A stretch of 64,000 nt of DNA, taken from positions 26,132 through 90,131 of the forward strand of contig JBHJOR010000010.1 in the NCBI GenBank assembly GCA_050329585.1. The letters are read 5' to 3'. Positions 19,201-29,565 of the stretch are shown here, piece after piece. The stretch's first letter is position 1; the number at the start of each line of letters is the position of its first letter. Below the pieces are notes generated by a model. The model saw only the letters and a list, made by a program, of their open reading frames with translations, ran no database searches and was not told the origin of the DNA. The DNA is from Candidatus Methylacidiphilales bacterium. Its GTDB lineage: Bacteria > Verrucomicrobiota > Verrucomicrobiia > Methylacidiphilales > JBCBYL01. The position numbers and the translations under genes were made by a program.

Positions 19201-20283
19201 TCAACGCAGGTTATCGGGCAGGTTGGGTAGTAGTTTTTTGATTTCCTGAACCTGCTCTCGATGGCAGACCAAAACCGCGTCAGGGGTTTCGACCACTACC
19301 AAATCGGCAACACCGCACAGAGCAACATGGCGCGATTGTGCGTAAACGATGTTGGACTCTGATGAATGAATAGACACGGAGCCCTTTATGGTGTTTCCCT
19401 GCTCGTCGGCAGGAAGAACCCAGGGCAATGCAGTCCATGCGCCTACGTCATTCCAATCAAAGGTAGCCAGCGCGGCCTCAACAAGAGGAGCCTTTTCCAT
19501 GATGGCGTAATCAACAGAAATCTTAGGCAGCGTGGGAAAGTGTTCCGTTAAGTAAGCGTTGAAATCCCCGCGTGGGAACTCCATGATAAAACGGGAAAGC
19601 TTGGGAACAAGGGTCTCCGAACAGGAATGGAAGGTAGACGCCTTCCATATAAACATACCGGCATTCCAAAAGTGGTGTCCACTTTTGAGGTAGGTCTGCG
19701 CGGTCTCGGTATCAGGTTTTTCAACGAAACGGGTGACTGGATGAAAGCGGGTGCCATGAGATCCACAGGCAACTTCCCCGCCGAGATCAAGATAGCCATA
19801 TCCGGTAGAGGGAAAAGTAGGTGGTATGGCTAAGGTGATCAGCGCGTCAGACGATTGGGCGCGGGTTACGCAGTCGGAAATCTGGAGGCGGAACGCTTCG
19901 GTATCCCGTATCAACTGGTCGGCGGGCAAAAGAACCACTACCGCATCCGGATGTTCACGATAGGCCAGAGCGCTGGCCAGAGCGGCGGCGGGTGCAGTAT
20001 CCCGCTTGGCGGGTTCACCGATGATTTGAGCCGGTGGAAAATGAGGGAGCGCCTTACGGGTAGCATCCACCTGGGTTTGGTGAGTCAGAATAGAGAGGTG
20101 GTCGGCGGGCACCAAGTCCACTACCCTTTTAACAGTTTCTCCCAACAAGGTTTCGTCCGAGAAGAGCCGGAGCAGTTGTTTCGGGGTCTGGTTCCGGCTC
20201 AGTGGCCAGAAGCGCTCACCACTGCCTCCGGCCATGATTACCATGTGGGTATGATCAGCCAGCGTCATGTTGTTAAAGTGCAT
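19201..20283 (-). CDS. manC: Mannose-1-phosphate guanylyltransferase
   Basis: 'VIMAGGSGERFWPLSR', 'EPAKRDTAPA' and 'LLPADQLI' nucleotidyltransferase motifs. No fused PMI domain. Confidence 0.85.
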   Translation of the reverse strand: MHFNNMTLADHTHMVIMAGGSGERFWPLSRNQTPKQLLRLFSDETLLGETVKRVVDLVPADHLSILTHQTQVDATRKALPHFPPAQIIGEPAKRDTAPAAALASALAYREHPDAVVVLLPADQLIRDTEAFRLQISDCVTRAQSSDALITLAIPPTFPSTGYGYLDLGGEVACGSHGTRFHPVTRFVEKPDTETAQTYLKSGHHFWNAGMFIWKASTFHSCSETLVPKLSRFIMEFPRGDFNAYLTEHFPTLPKISVDYAIMEKAPLVEAALATFDWNDVGAWTALPWVLPADEQGNTIKGSVSIHSSESNIVYAQSRHVALCGVADLVVVETPDAVLVCHREQVQEIKKLLPNLPDNLR

Positions 20284-20401
20284 GGGGCAGCAGCAAAGGG
20301 CAACCTAATTGGTAAATGCCATAGTGCGGGCATAATCAAGTTAGTAAAACGCTCATGGGGCGCGATTGACATGAGGCGATATCTTGGGCAAAGATGCTTT
20401 C

Positions 20402-21073
20402 ATGACAAAGAATCATCTTTGGGCCGCAGTGCTTTTACTCACTGCGCTATCGGGAGTGACGCATGCCCAACAGCCTGCCGAAACGGATCTGCCACTTATT
20501 GAATCGCCGGTTGCGCCAGCTATTGAAACGATGGCCACCACCGAGCCGTCGACTACAGAATCGTCACCCCAGGAGCCTGTTAGTGATTCTTCCGCACTCG
20601 AATCCAATACGAACTCTCAAGATAAAGTGGAAGTTTCCTCACCTGAAACCTGGCAACTTTCGGTATCAAACGATGATACGGTTCGGATTGGAAAAATTTA
20701 CGAATTTCTCAATGATCCGGCAATCACCAAAGTCGGCAAAGATCATTCCCTGAAATATGAATTTAAATATTTCAATCACGGTGCGATCACCAAGGCGCAG
20801 TTGCATAATCGTAAAGGCCATTACTACGTGGTGACCTGGAAAAATTTCGGTGCAGCAGCGGATTACCAGCTTAGGTTTGATTACCGCCAGAGTCGCACAC
20901 GGGAAAAAGTGCACACGCAGATCATTGATTATCCCGGTGCGACCGGTAACTTCAAAGGCACCTTTTCAGTAACCGGGTCGCCCTACTTTGAAAATGGGGC
21001 CATCCTTTCATGGCGGATATCTTTGGTTCGCAACGGCGTGATCGTGGCCGAGAAAAAATCGTTTGTCTGGTAA
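20402..21073 (+). CDS. Secreted protein of unknown function
   Basis: Signal peptide 'LWAAVLLLTALSGVTHAQQ', an acidic S/T/P/E-rich linker, then a beta-rich C-terminal domain. I prefer the ATG at 20402 over the TTG at 20384. Confidence 0.6.
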   Translation: MTKNHLWAAVLLLTALSGVTHAQQPAETDLPLIESPVAPAIETMATTEPSTTESSPQEPVSDSSALESNTNSQDKVEVSSPETWQLSVSNDDTVRIGKIYEFLNDPAITKVGKDHSLKYEFKYFNHGAITKAQLHNRKGHYYVVTWKNFGAAADYQLRFDYRQSRTREKVHTQIIDYPGATGNFKGTFSVTGSPYFENGAILSWRISLVRNGVIVAEKKSFVW

Positions 21074-21097
21074 GTTCCGCATCCGCGTTTTGTAGCC

Positions 21098-21874
21098 ATG
21101 AGTTCCGGTCTCTTTGAAATCATCCAAATGGGTGGGCCTGTCATGTGGCTCATCTTTGTGGGAAGTGTTTTGGCGGTGGGGGTATTCTTAGAGCGGTTGA
21201 TCTATTACCACCGTTGTTCGGTTCCTATCGGTCCTTTTTTGAAGGGTATCCGTATGTTACTGAGGCGAGGCGATTATCAGGAGGCACTCGATCAATGTGA
21301 TGCCGCATATGGTCCGGCCATCAAAGTGGTACAGTCAGCCATTATCAAGCGCGACCTCAGAAAAAACGAACTTCGTGAGGTGATTCAAGAGGTGGCCCAA
21401 CTTCAAATACCGCGCATGGAAGCGCATCTATCGATATTATCCACGGTGGCGCATGTGATGCCGCTGTTGGGATTGTTTGGAACAGTGACCGGAATGATTG
21501 AAGCCTTCATGGAAATGACTCGGGCGTCGGGGGCGACTTCACTGAGTCAATTGGCCGGAGGTATTTGGGAGGCGTTGGTGACGACCGCCGGCGGGCTCGG
21601 AGTGGCCATTCCTGCTTATATCGCTCATAACTATCTGCTGGCGAGGGTTAACCGTCTGGTGAGCGATATGGAGCGAGCGGGCATCGAAATTTTACAAATG
21701 TTGAAAGATCCGCATTCCTCGGGTGCGGTTCCGACTTTATTGGATGACGATGTGTTACCTCCGGCCTTAGACCAGCGGATCGTCGTTAAACAGCCAGACG
21801 CATCGGGGGATGCCTCCGCCTCACCGCAAAACGATCCTGCACGAGAGCCGGAACCCAAACCTTCATCGGTATGA
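21098..21874 (+). CDS. exbB: MotA/TolQ/ExbB proton-channel protein with a Pro/Asp/Ser-rich tail
   Basis: The core 'LGLFGTVTGMIEAF' and 'ALVTTAGGLGVAIPAYIAHNYL' is typical of ExbB/TolQ. Confidence 0.85.
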   Translation: MSSGLFEIIQMGGPVMWLIFVGSVLAVGVFLERLIYYHRCSVPIGPFLKGIRMLLRRGDYQEALDQCDAAYGPAIKVVQSAIIKRDLRKNELREVIQEVAQLQIPRMEAHLSILSTVAHVMPLLGLFGTVTGMIEAFMEMTRASGATSLSQLAGGIWEALVTTAGGLGVAIPAYIAHNYLLARVNRLVSDMERAGIEILQMLKDPHSSGAVPTLLDDDVLPPALDQRIVVKQPDASGDASASPQNDPAREPEPKPSSV

Positions 21875-22272
21875 AATTGCGCAGGTCTGTGCAGGCTCTT
21901 CAGGGGCCGTTGGACATTACGGCTATGATCGATGTGGTGTTGCTGCTGCTCATCTTTTTTATGCTAAATAGCTCTTTCGTGCTACACCCCGGTGTTGAGA
22001 TTACCCCGCCACAAGGCATGCATGCCGGGGTGCGCGATGCGCATTACGTGGTTAACATCACGGGGCAGACGCCACCACGGATGTTCTTTAATGATCAAAT
22101 CGTGACCATGGAGAATCTAAAGATTCAACTCGGGAAACTGGGACGCCGCAGCGAGGAGATGCAAATCATCATACGGGCTGATAAAGAGGTTCAGCATGGC
22201 GTGGTGACCGAAATCATGAACGCGGCCATTCAGGCTGGACTCACCGTCATTATCGCCACCCAGGGATCGTGA
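21871..22272 (+). CDS. exbD: ExbD/TolR biopolymer transport protein
   Basis: 'DITAMIDVVLLLLIFFM' TM with conserved Asp, and 'IIRADKEVQHGVVTEIMNAAIQAGL'. ATGA overlap with exbB. Confidence 0.85.
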   Translation: MKLRRSVQALQGPLDITAMIDVVLLLLIFFMLNSSFVLHPGVEITPPQGMHAGVRDAHYVVNITGQTPPRMFFNDQIVTMENLKIQLGKLGRRSEEMQIIIRADKEVQHGVVTEIMNAAIQAGLTVIIATQGS

Positions 22273-22273
22273 C

Positions 22274-23047
22274 ATGACGGCGTATGAAATAGGAGAACGG
22301 ATACTGCCGCCTGAAAGACGCTGGCTGGGCTTGATCTTTCTTTTTTCATTGGGACTGCACTCAGTTTTCTTCTTCCTGTTCCAAGTGGAAGTACAGCCGA
22401 AACGCGAGCGTTCTACCCGTCCTCCACGGGTGTTTTTATTGACGAATCAAAGCCGCGCCGATGCTATTTTTGAATCCAATCCGATGGTCTGGGTGGATTG
22501 GCGTGACCCGATGGCCATAGCCTATCCGGAAGCGGCGATGCCGGAACCGCCACGTCCAAACCGTCCACAGGAAACAGCGCAGAATCAGGCGCTGCCCACG
22601 CTTCCGGAGTGGAACCCTCTGCTCAGACCCGGATCCCAGGTCGAGCCCGGTTTGGAAAAAAGAGTCGCAGAAAAAATGAAAACCTCCAAGCGCACATCGA
22701 TGCCACTACCCTTGGAAGCTCCCCCCAAGTTGAGCGGGACGGTGGTGCAATTTCAGGGCGCCTTGCGTGATCGTGTTTTGGTTAAAAAAGTAGAAATGCC
22801 GCGCCCGCCAACGAGTGAGATTCTCAAGCCCAGTGAATACTTTGTTATGGTTGGTCGGGGCGGTCAGATCGCAAGAGTACGCCTGGATCGAACTTCGGGA
22901 AACAGTGCGCTTGATATTGAAGGCATGGCTTTGTTGCGGCAATGGCAGTTTGAGGCGCAGTCGAATGCCAAAGAGGATGAATGGAGTCGGGCGGTCATTT
23001 ACTGGGATTACCGCGGCGAAAGTCCTACCGCAGAGTTTCAATTCTAG
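22274..23047 (+). CDS. TonB-family energy transducer
   Basis: N-terminal TM, a Pro-rich stretch 'MPEPPRPNRPQ', and a C-terminal TonB_C-like 'GGQIARVRLDRTSGNSALDIEGMALLRQWQFE'. Confidence 0.65.
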   Translation: MTAYEIGERILPPERRWLGLIFLFSLGLHSVFFFLFQVEVQPKRERSTRPPRVFLLTNQSRADAIFESNPMVWVDWRDPMAIAYPEAAMPEPPRPNRPQETAQNQALPTLPEWNPLLRPGSQVEPGLEKRVAEKMKTSKRTSMPLPLEAPPKLSGTVVQFQGALRDRVLVKKVEMPRPPTSEILKPSEYFVMVGRGGQIARVRLDRTSGNSALDIEGMALLRQWQFEAQSNAKEDEWSRAVIYWDYRGESPTAEFQF

Positions 23048-23064
23048 CCGGAACGCAAAAGGAT

Positions 23065-23328
23065 ATGGAACTTCAGTTCAACGAATTCTTCATCGTGTAT
23101 GTTTCAGTTTTCCTTGCGGCCATCGTGGGCGCGTGGTTAATTTTAGTTTGGAAAGACCGTGTTTCCCACAGGAAAGAAACAGACTACGTCAGTTGTCCTT
23201 TTTGCGGAGCTCAGGTGGTGGTGAATCCATTGCGGGTAAGAATCCGTTGCGGCAGGTGCCATGGGAGATTCAAATTATCCGATGCGCTTTCGGCCTCTGA
23301 GTCAAGGGTTCATACCAAGCAAATTTGA
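23065..23328 (+). CDS. Small membrane protein with a zinc-ribbon (CxxC...CxxC)
   Basis: ATG at 23065. TM '[22 protein letters not shown]' followed by 'CPFCGAQ...CGRCHG'. Confidence 0.45.
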   Translation: MELQFNEFFIVYVSVFLAAIVGAWLILVWKDRVSHRKETDYVSCPFCGAQVVVNPLRVRIRCGRCHGRFKLSDALSASESRVHTKQI

Positions 23329-23369
23329 GGGATTCAGTATCCGCTGCGCTAAATAGCACGACATCATTT

Positions 23370-24911
23370 ATGGAAAAAGAACGAGACGGAATTTGTATAT
23401 TGGACTTTGGATCGCAATACACGCAAGTGATTGCGCGGCGTATCCGGGAGACGAAGGTGTACTCGCGCATCGTCCCCTATTCGACGCCGGTAGATGAATT
23501 AAGGAAAATGAATCCCAAAGGGATCATTCTCTCGGGAGGCCCGGCCAGTGTGTATGCGGCCAAAGCTCCGAAACCCGATCCGGCCCTATTCGACCTAGGG
23601 GTTCCGGTTCTGGGTATCTGCTACGGGATGCAGCTGATGGCACTTCATTTTGGTGGTGAAGTGGCCCGCAGTCAGGAAAGAGAATTTGGGCGAGGCGAGC
23701 TGGAAGTGGTGGGAGAAAGCGCATTGTTCCGCGGCTTGCCCCGCACGTTAGAAATTTGGAACAGTCATGGTGATCGCATCACTAAAGTGCCTAAAGGCTT
23801 TAAATCGATTGGTCGTACCGCCAATGCGCCTTTTGCCGTGATGCAGAGGGACTCCTTATTTGGCATGCAATTTCACCCCGAAGTGGCGCATACCCCCAAA
23901 GGCAAGCGGATGATCGAAAATTTCGTTTTGCGCATCTGCGGTTGCCGCCGCACATGGACCACGGAGTCTTATATTGAGGCCTCGGTGGCGGAAATTCGCG
24001 AGCGAGTGGGCAAGGAGCGAGTCATTTTAGGATTGAGTGGGGGAGTGGACTCCAGCGTAGCGGCGGCCTTACTGCATCGGGCTATCGGCAAACAACTGGT
24101 GTGTATCTTGGTGGACAATGGATTGATGCGTCACGGGGAAGTGGCCAGCGTAAAGCGGATTTTCGGTGAGGGATTGGGTTTGAAACTTCATGTGGTGGAT
24201 GCCGGAGAGCGTTTTCTTATGAAGCTTAAGGGCGTTTCGGATCCGGAACGCAAACGCAAGATCATTGGCCAAGAATTTGTGCGGGTTTTTGAAGAGGCTA
24301 CCAAGTCGGTGGGGCAGGCGGTTTTTTTGGGTCAGGGCACCCTTTACCCGGACATCATTGAGAGTGTTTCCATTGATGGAAACCCGGCCGCATTAATCAA
24401 GTCGCATCATAACGTGGGAGGTCTTCCTAAGCGTATGAAGTTCAAACTCGTTGAGCCGCTTAAGGAGCTGTTCAAAGATGAGGTAAGGCAGGTGGGAGAA
24501 GTGCTGGGGTTGCCGCATGAGATGGTGTGGCGTCAGCCATTTCCCGGACCGGGACTGGCAGTGCGCTGCTTGGGGCCTGTATCGCCGGATCGGTTAAAAA
24601 TTTTACGTGAGGCTGACCGTATCGTGGTGGAGGAGATGAAAAAGTCGGGTTATTACCACCGGGTCTGGCAATCCTTTGCGGTTTTACTTCCGGTGCGGAG
24701 TGTGGGAGTGATGGGAGATGAGCGGACCTATGATTTCACCATCGCGTTGCGAGTGGTGGAGAGTCAGGATGCCATGACGGCGGACTGGGCCCGTTTGCCG
24801 CATGAATTACTGGCCCAGCTATCCAACCGGATCATCAATGAAGTGGACGGCGTGAACCGAGTGGTGCTGGATATTTCATCGAAGCCTCCGGCTACCATCG
24901 AATGGGAATAG
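23370..24911 (+). CDS. guaA: GMP synthase (glutamine-hydrolysing)
   Basis: GATase '[18 protein letters not shown]' and 'GICYGMQ'. ATP-PPase '[11 protein letters not shown]'. C-terminal 'PPATIEWE'. I prefer the start at ATG 23370. Confidence 0.95.
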   Translation: MEKERDGICILDFGSQYTQVIARRIRETKVYSRIVPYSTPVDELRKMNPKGIILSGGPASVYAAKAPKPDPALFDLGVPVLGICYGMQLMALHFGGEVARSQEREFGRGELEVVGESALFRGLPRTLEIWNSHGDRITKVPKGFKSIGRTANAPFAVMQRDSLFGMQFHPEVAHTPKGKRMIENFVLRICGCRRTWTTESYIEASVAEIRERVGKERVILGLSGGVDSSVAAALLHRAIGKQLVCILVDNGLMRHGEVASVKRIFGEGLGLKLHVVDAGERFLMKLKGVSDPERKRKIIGQEFVRVFEEATKSVGQAVFLGQGTLYPDIIESVSIDGNPAALIKSHHNVGGLPKRMKFKLVEPLKELFKDEVRQVGEVLGLPHEMVWRQPFPGPGLAVRCLGPVSPDRLKILREADRIVVEEMKKSGYYHRVWQSFAVLLPVRSVGVMGDERTYDFTIALRVVESQDAMTADWARLPHELLAQLSNRIINEVDGVNRVVLDISSKPPATIEWE

Positions 24912-25972
24912 TCCGTCCCAGTGAGTCCCGGGGTGTTCAGATTAAAAATCTGACTCTGGCTACCCCGTTGATGCTCTCACCCATGTCGGGGTTTACCAAC
25001 CTACCGTTCCGGGTCGCTATCCGTTCCTTAGGCGGGTTGTCCGTAGCCACCACCGATTTCGTCAATGCGCGTTCACTGATTGAGCTTAATGCCAAAGCGA
25101 TCCGTATGGTTTCAACCTGTGCGGATGATCGGCCTCTGGGAGTTCAGCTCTTTGGAGGGGATCGGGAAGAGTTGAGCTCGGCGGCACGCTTTCTTGAGGA
25201 TTTAGGGATTGATTTCATTGATATCAACCTGGGCTGTCCTTCACACAAGGTGACGCGTGGTGGTGCCGGGGCGGCGTTGATGCGGGATGAAGAATTAACC
25301 GAAGAGTTACTACAGGCTGTGGTGGCGGCGGTTCATATTCCGGTCACGGTCAAGATGAGATTGGGCTGGGACGAGGACAGTATGAATGCCCACATCATCG
25401 CCCCCCGTTTGGAACAAATGGGAGTAGCGGCGGTTGCAGTTCATGGCCGAACCAGAGAGCAGGGCTACACTGGTGAGGTGAATCTGGCTGGCATTCGTGC
25501 GGTGGTGGATTCCGTGCGTCAGATTCCCGTTATTGGAAATGGAGATGTGCACACGCATCGTGATGCGCGAACGATGCTGGAGGAAGTCGGCTGCTCGGCG
25601 GTGATGGTGGGAAGAGCCGCATTGAGCAATCCCTTTTTTTTCCGCGATACGGCTCGTTATCTGGCCACGGGTCAAGAACCGAAAGAAGTCAATCTTCAGG
25701 ATCGACTGGCGTTTATGCACTTGCATTTTTGCCTAGCGTTGCGCTTTTGGGGAGAGGAAAAAGCGTGTGTGGTCTTCCGTAAAGTAATTGCGGGCTACAG
25801 TGATTTTTTTCCTGAAAAAGAAAGATGGCGGACGGAGTCGCAACACTTGCAGTCAGTAGAAGAGTACCGGTTGCTCATTCAGTCCCGCGTTCCCAGCGGC
25901 TTAGCTGAATACGCCTATTTTGAGCGGGCAGAGGAGTTATATTATCACAACGCCTTAAAGGAGATGGATTGA
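24902..25972 (+). CDS. tRNA-dihydrouridine synthase
   Basis: '[13 protein letters not shown]', '[12 protein letters not shown]' and '[16 protein letters not shown]' Dus motifs. The start overlaps the guaA stop. Confidence 0.9.
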   Translation: MGIVRPSESRGVQIKNLTLATPLMLSPMSGFTNLPFRVAIRSLGGLSVATTDFVNARSLIELNAKAIRMVSTCADDRPLGVQLFGGDREELSSAARFLEDLGIDFIDINLGCPSHKVTRGGAGAALMRDEELTEELLQAVVAAVHIPVTVKMRLGWDEDSMNAHIIAPRLEQMGVAAVAVHGRTREQGYTGEVNLAGIRAVVDSVRQIPVIGNGDVHTHRDARTMLEEVGCSAVMVGRAALSNPFFFRDTARYLATGQEPKEVNLQDRLAFMHLHFCLALRFWGEEKACVVFRKVIAGYSDFFPEKERWRTESQHLQSVEEYRLLIQSRVPSGLAEYAYFERAEELYYHNALKEMD

Positions 25973-26001
25973 CAACCTTCACAGGAATGGAAGTTTAGAT
26001 T

Positions 26002-26526
26002 ATGATTTCGGGAGATGACTTTACCTATGCACTGGAAAATACACGCGTCGTGCGCCACCCCGAAAAGCGGCTGGAAACGTTTTCCACCTCGGTATTGAAC
26101 TATTATTTAGTCACTGAAGACATGGATCAAATCAACCTTTCTCGAGTCAGGGAAGGATCGATTCACGCCGAGCGTCCGCGTATTATATCACCCCAGAATT
26201 TTTCCAAGCTGCTTTTAGAAGGATTTGGCGGAGAGGCGGAGCGATACGCGGAGGCGCTCAACCAACTCGGGCACCATCTGGCATTTCTCCAGTATGGGTT
26301 CAGGGTTAAAAAAAGTGATATCCGCACCTATGAAGTCAATGAGGGTTTGGAAATCGTGACCGGACGTGTGGTGCGGGACGTGGAGGGTAAAAACGACCCT
26401 TTAGCGGCAGTTTTGACCGGTGTAGATGATGGTTGGGAAGTGTGTCTTTTAAAATTCATGATGGATATGGCGGTTACCTCTGGTGAAAGAAACCTGAAAG
26501 ATTTCAGGGATAGGGGACTAATATAA
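26002..26526 (+). CDS. Conserved hypothetical cytoplasmic protein (174 aa)
   Basis: Clean ORF 29 nt after the Dus gene. I recognise no motif. Confidence 0.55.
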   Translation: MISGDDFTYALENTRVVRHPEKRLETFSTSVLNYYLVTEDMDQINLSRVREGSIHAERPRIISPQNFSKLLLEGFGGEAERYAEALNQLGHHLAFLQYGFRVKKSDIRTYEVNEGLEIVTGRVVRDVEGKNDPLAAVLTGVDDGWEVCLLKFMMDMAVTSGERNLKDFRDRGLI

Positions 26527-26579
26527 GAAGGGCTTGAGAGGTGAGTTGAAACTAAATACCGCCCATAAGGGTATTTTTG

Positions 26580-28091
26580 ATGGCAGTTTTTATCCGCCTC
26601 CCTATTTCTGGCATTGTGAAATTTCTGCCACGTATTGTTGTTCTACTCTTTTTATTGAGTTTTGCTGATGGGCTGACCGCTCAAACAGTCTTGGAAAACC
26701 GTTTGGCGGTGTTTCGCAAGCCGGGAACTGATCCTGTGGTCACACGCTCTGCTGTATTGGAAATTCGAGATCTGGTAGTGGTGAGTATTGATCCGTCTGG
26801 CAAGCGCAGTGCTTGGCAACGTGATTTTTTTCTGGGCTCTGCCCCTTTTGTGCCAGAGGGAGCACTCACACTTGTGGAGAAGGATATCGAAAAAGCATTG
26901 GGTGAGTTTTCTGCATTGTATGCCATGGATGCCAAATTATTGCCCTTATTGGCGGAAGAGGAATCTAAGTGGAAGACCAATCTGGAGGAACTCCGCAATT
27001 TGGCAGAAAAGGAAACGGAGGCCCAAAAGGCGGAAATGGAAAGCCGGGTTCAGGTATTTATGGCTTTGGAATACGATCCTTCAGTGACTTATGAAGCGGA
27101 TCATTTGGCCTCGGTTATCAATGAAGGAGAAGCCTTGGCTATACTATCGCCTCAGCGCGCGGGCGAAATTTTACATGCAGTGGAGATTTGGAAAAAGCAC
27201 GTTGAGCATAAGAAAGAAGGTCGCTCTTTCATTAATGGAGAATGGGTCAGCCCTCAGGAAATCCGCCAACGGTCTGATGCCGCTGAGCTTCAAGCCATGG
27301 ATCATTTTTCCAATAGCGGAGTGAAGTTGGAGATGAATGCGGTGACGGTTCCGCAGACATCGCTGCTGATTGCTGTGGGTCTTTCTGTCCTGACCCTCAT
27401 CATCGTTCTCTATATGTTCCTGAATCTGGCATCCTCGGGAGGCGCATTAACTTTTGGCGGGGGCTTAATGTTGCTGGCAGGTGTAGCTATTTTGGGCATC
27501 TATGGTTATTATGTTTATGAGTTTTTAAAGGGGCCGGGATCTATTGCCGAGGTCATTTCCATTAAAGAGGAGGCGACCACCTTGGAACATAAGCCGTTGA
27601 AACGTATTCTATTTCTAGCCAGTAAACCGGAGGTCTTTCGGGTCAAACAAGAGGATGTCGAGGTAGAGCTAACAGATGATATGATCAACGCTTCGCTACA
27701 GTCGTCATTGAAATTTGTCCGAACCGGTTCGTCTGAGCTTTTCGATATGGAGCGCACTGCTTTTGCCTGCCAACTTTACGGAGACCGGGTGGTGCTGATG
27801 GAAGAAGTGGTGGTTTTTGGAAAAACGCTATTAATTCGCCACGAACTGATGCACCGCATTACCGAGGACTCCATCGCCTTTAATGACTTTCGAGTCTATC
27901 TCAACGGAGCCCGCTTACCCGGGCAGTTAGCGGCACATTTTTGGATGAATCTGAGAAAATCCTTATTGGGACTGCTTAATAGCAGCGGTCTTCCGGAAAT
28001 TTATCAGCTGGCTGACATTGAAGAAGGCAGTTTGAAACTCCGGCTTAGCAAAAAGCCCGACATAGTGAATAAGGGGAATTTCACGGAGTGA
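26580..28091 (+). CDS. Multi-domain membrane protein of unknown function
   Basis: Signal/anchor 'IVVLLFLLSFADGLTA'. A charged coiled-coil-like segment 'NLEELRNLAEKETEAQKAEME'. Two or three central TM helices, then a ~190-aa C-terminal domain. Its stop overlaps the cdaA-like start. Confidence 0.6.
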   Translation: MAVFIRLPISGIVKFLPRIVVLLFLLSFADGLTAQTVLENRLAVFRKPGTDPVVTRSAVLEIRDLVVVSIDPSGKRSAWQRDFFLGSAPFVPEGALTLVEKDIEKALGEFSALYAMDAKLLPLLAEEESKWKTNLEELRNLAEKETEAQKAEMESRVQVFMALEYDPSVTYEADHLASVINEGEALAILSPQRAGEILHAVEIWKKHVEHKKEGRSFINGEWVSPQEIRQRSDAAELQAMDHFSNSGVKLEMNAVTVPQTSLLIAVGLSVLTLIIVLYMFLNLASSGGALTFGGGLMLLAGVAILGIYGYYVYEFLKGPGSIAEVISIKEEATTLEHKPLKRILFLASKPEVFRVKQEDVEVELTDDMINASLQSSLKFVRTGSSELFDMERTAFACQLYGDRVVLMEEVVVFGKTLLIRHELMHRITEDSIAFNDFRVYLNGARLPGQLAAHFWMNLRKSLLGLLNSSGLPEIYQLADIEEGSLKLRLSKKPDIVNKGNFTE

Positions 28092-29533
28092 GCATGGATA
28101 AATGGTGGATTCATGCGGCAGATGTGGTGCTTTGTACGGTGGTGCTGCGTGTGATAATAGGGTGGTTGTTGGCGTATCCACGTTTGATACGCCTGATTAT
28201 TAGCTTGGTGTTAACGGTGCTGGTGGTGGTAGCGGTCAACGTGTTGAATCTGCCTTTAGCGGGATTACTGGTTCTGCTCTTGCTGATTCCACTGGTGGTG
28301 ATTCTTTTTTTATCCTTTTTACCGGAGCTAGGTCGGGTCTACCAGGCGGCCAGCAGGGGGAATTTGTTCCGCCCCAAGATTTTTCAGAGTCAGGAAATTC
28401 TACCGGAACTCGCGCAATCACTCTATCAGTTCATGCAACGTAAGGTGGGGTGTCTGATCGTTTTCCCAGGATCACAAGATGACGATGGACTATTGAGTGG
28501 CGGTGAGGAGGTGGATGCGAAGTTTAACCGCTCTCTCTTGATTTCGCTCTTCGACCCTCATTGCCCTCGTCACGACGGTGCGGTCGTAATCAGGAACAAC
28601 CGTATTGTCCGCATTGGAGCGGTTTTGCCGCTGGCCTCAGCGGAAGGCAAAGAGTCTCATTTGGGAACACGGCATCTAGCTGCCATGGGGTTAAGTGAGC
28701 GTTCAGACAGCCATATCTTTGTTGTTTCAGAAGAACGTGGCACGCTGTCACACGTTCATGACGGGGCACTTCGAGTGATCAAAGCCCGGACGGTGGAAGA
28801 GTTAACCGCCGAATTGGCCGCATTGATGGGTGGCATTGGCGAGGGTGATGAGGAGCAAAAAAGAAGAGCTCTTCCATTTGCGCTTTGGGGAATGGCCCTT
28901 TTACTTGCCGTATTAGGATCTTGGCAGGTTGAGTTAATCAAAGATAATTTCCGTAAGCAATATACGGAGACAGTCTATTTCCAGTCGGTCAATGCGCCCA
29001 TTCAATACACGTTGGATCCGGAGAGGCAGTTTGTATCGAACTGGGAGGCAACCTCCGCACAAGTGATGTTACAGGTTCCGGAGGCCAGCCTTGCGGAGCG
29101 GAAGCCGCTGAGTATCGTGGTGGACTTGCGAAACGAGCCCTTTGGGAAGTCCGATTTGGCACTGCAATCCACCATGGTCAACGGGTTACCCTCCGATGCG
29201 CGCGTTCAGGGTTTTATGCCTGAGCGGATTCAATTTCAGTTAAATGAGGTTCAGTTCTTAGACGTTGCACTGAAAATACCTGCATTGGAGCAGCTCCCCG
29301 ATCATTTAGTGGTGGAATCGAAGTTGCTTACTGTGGCGTCCATGCGTTTCAAAATTCGTGAGGCCAACTGGAAGCCGGGGCGCGCGATTGATACGATGCC
29401 AGTCAATTTATCTTTTATTAAAGCAGCGGGAGAATATCAGGTTCCAGTTCAGTTAGTCCTGACGCCAACGGTAGAAAAATTGGATGCTACCGCTCCAATG
29501 CTGAACCTCTCGGTGCGGGAGAAGAAAAAATGA
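28088..29533 (+). CDS. cdaA: Diadenylate cyclase (CdaA/DisA_N) fused to a C-terminal TM helix and YbbR-like domain
   Basis: Three N-terminal TM helices. DAC core 'RHDGAVVI' and 'LGTRHLAAMGLSE..FVVSEERGTLS'. Then TM 'ALPFALWGMALLLAVLGSW' and a beta-rich YbbR-like region. Confidence 0.8.
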   Translation: MSMDKWWIHAADVVLCTVVLRVIIGWLLAYPRLIRLIISLVLTVLVVVAVNVLNLPLAGLLVLLLLIPLVVILFLSFLPELGRVYQAASRGNLFRPKIFQSQEILPELAQSLYQFMQRKVGCLIVFPGSQDDDGLLSGGEEVDAKFNRSLLISLFDPHCPRHDGAVVIRNNRIVRIGAVLPLASAEGKESHLGTRHLAAMGLSERSDSHIFVVSEERGTLSHVHDGALRVIKARTVEELTAELAALMGGIGEGDEEQKRRALPFALWGMALLLAVLGSWQVELIKDNFRKQYTETVYFQSVNAPIQYTLDPERQFVSNWEATSAQVMLQVPEASLAERKPLSIVVDLRNEPFGKSDLALQSTMVNGLPSDARVQGFMPERIQFQLNEVQFLDVALKIPALEQLPDHLVVESKLLTVASMRFKIREANWKPGRAIDTMPVNLSFIKAAGEYQVPVQLVLTPTVEKLDATAPMLNLSVREKKK

Positions 29534-29565
29534 CAGCCTGATGGAAGCACGTAGTCGAGTAGCGA

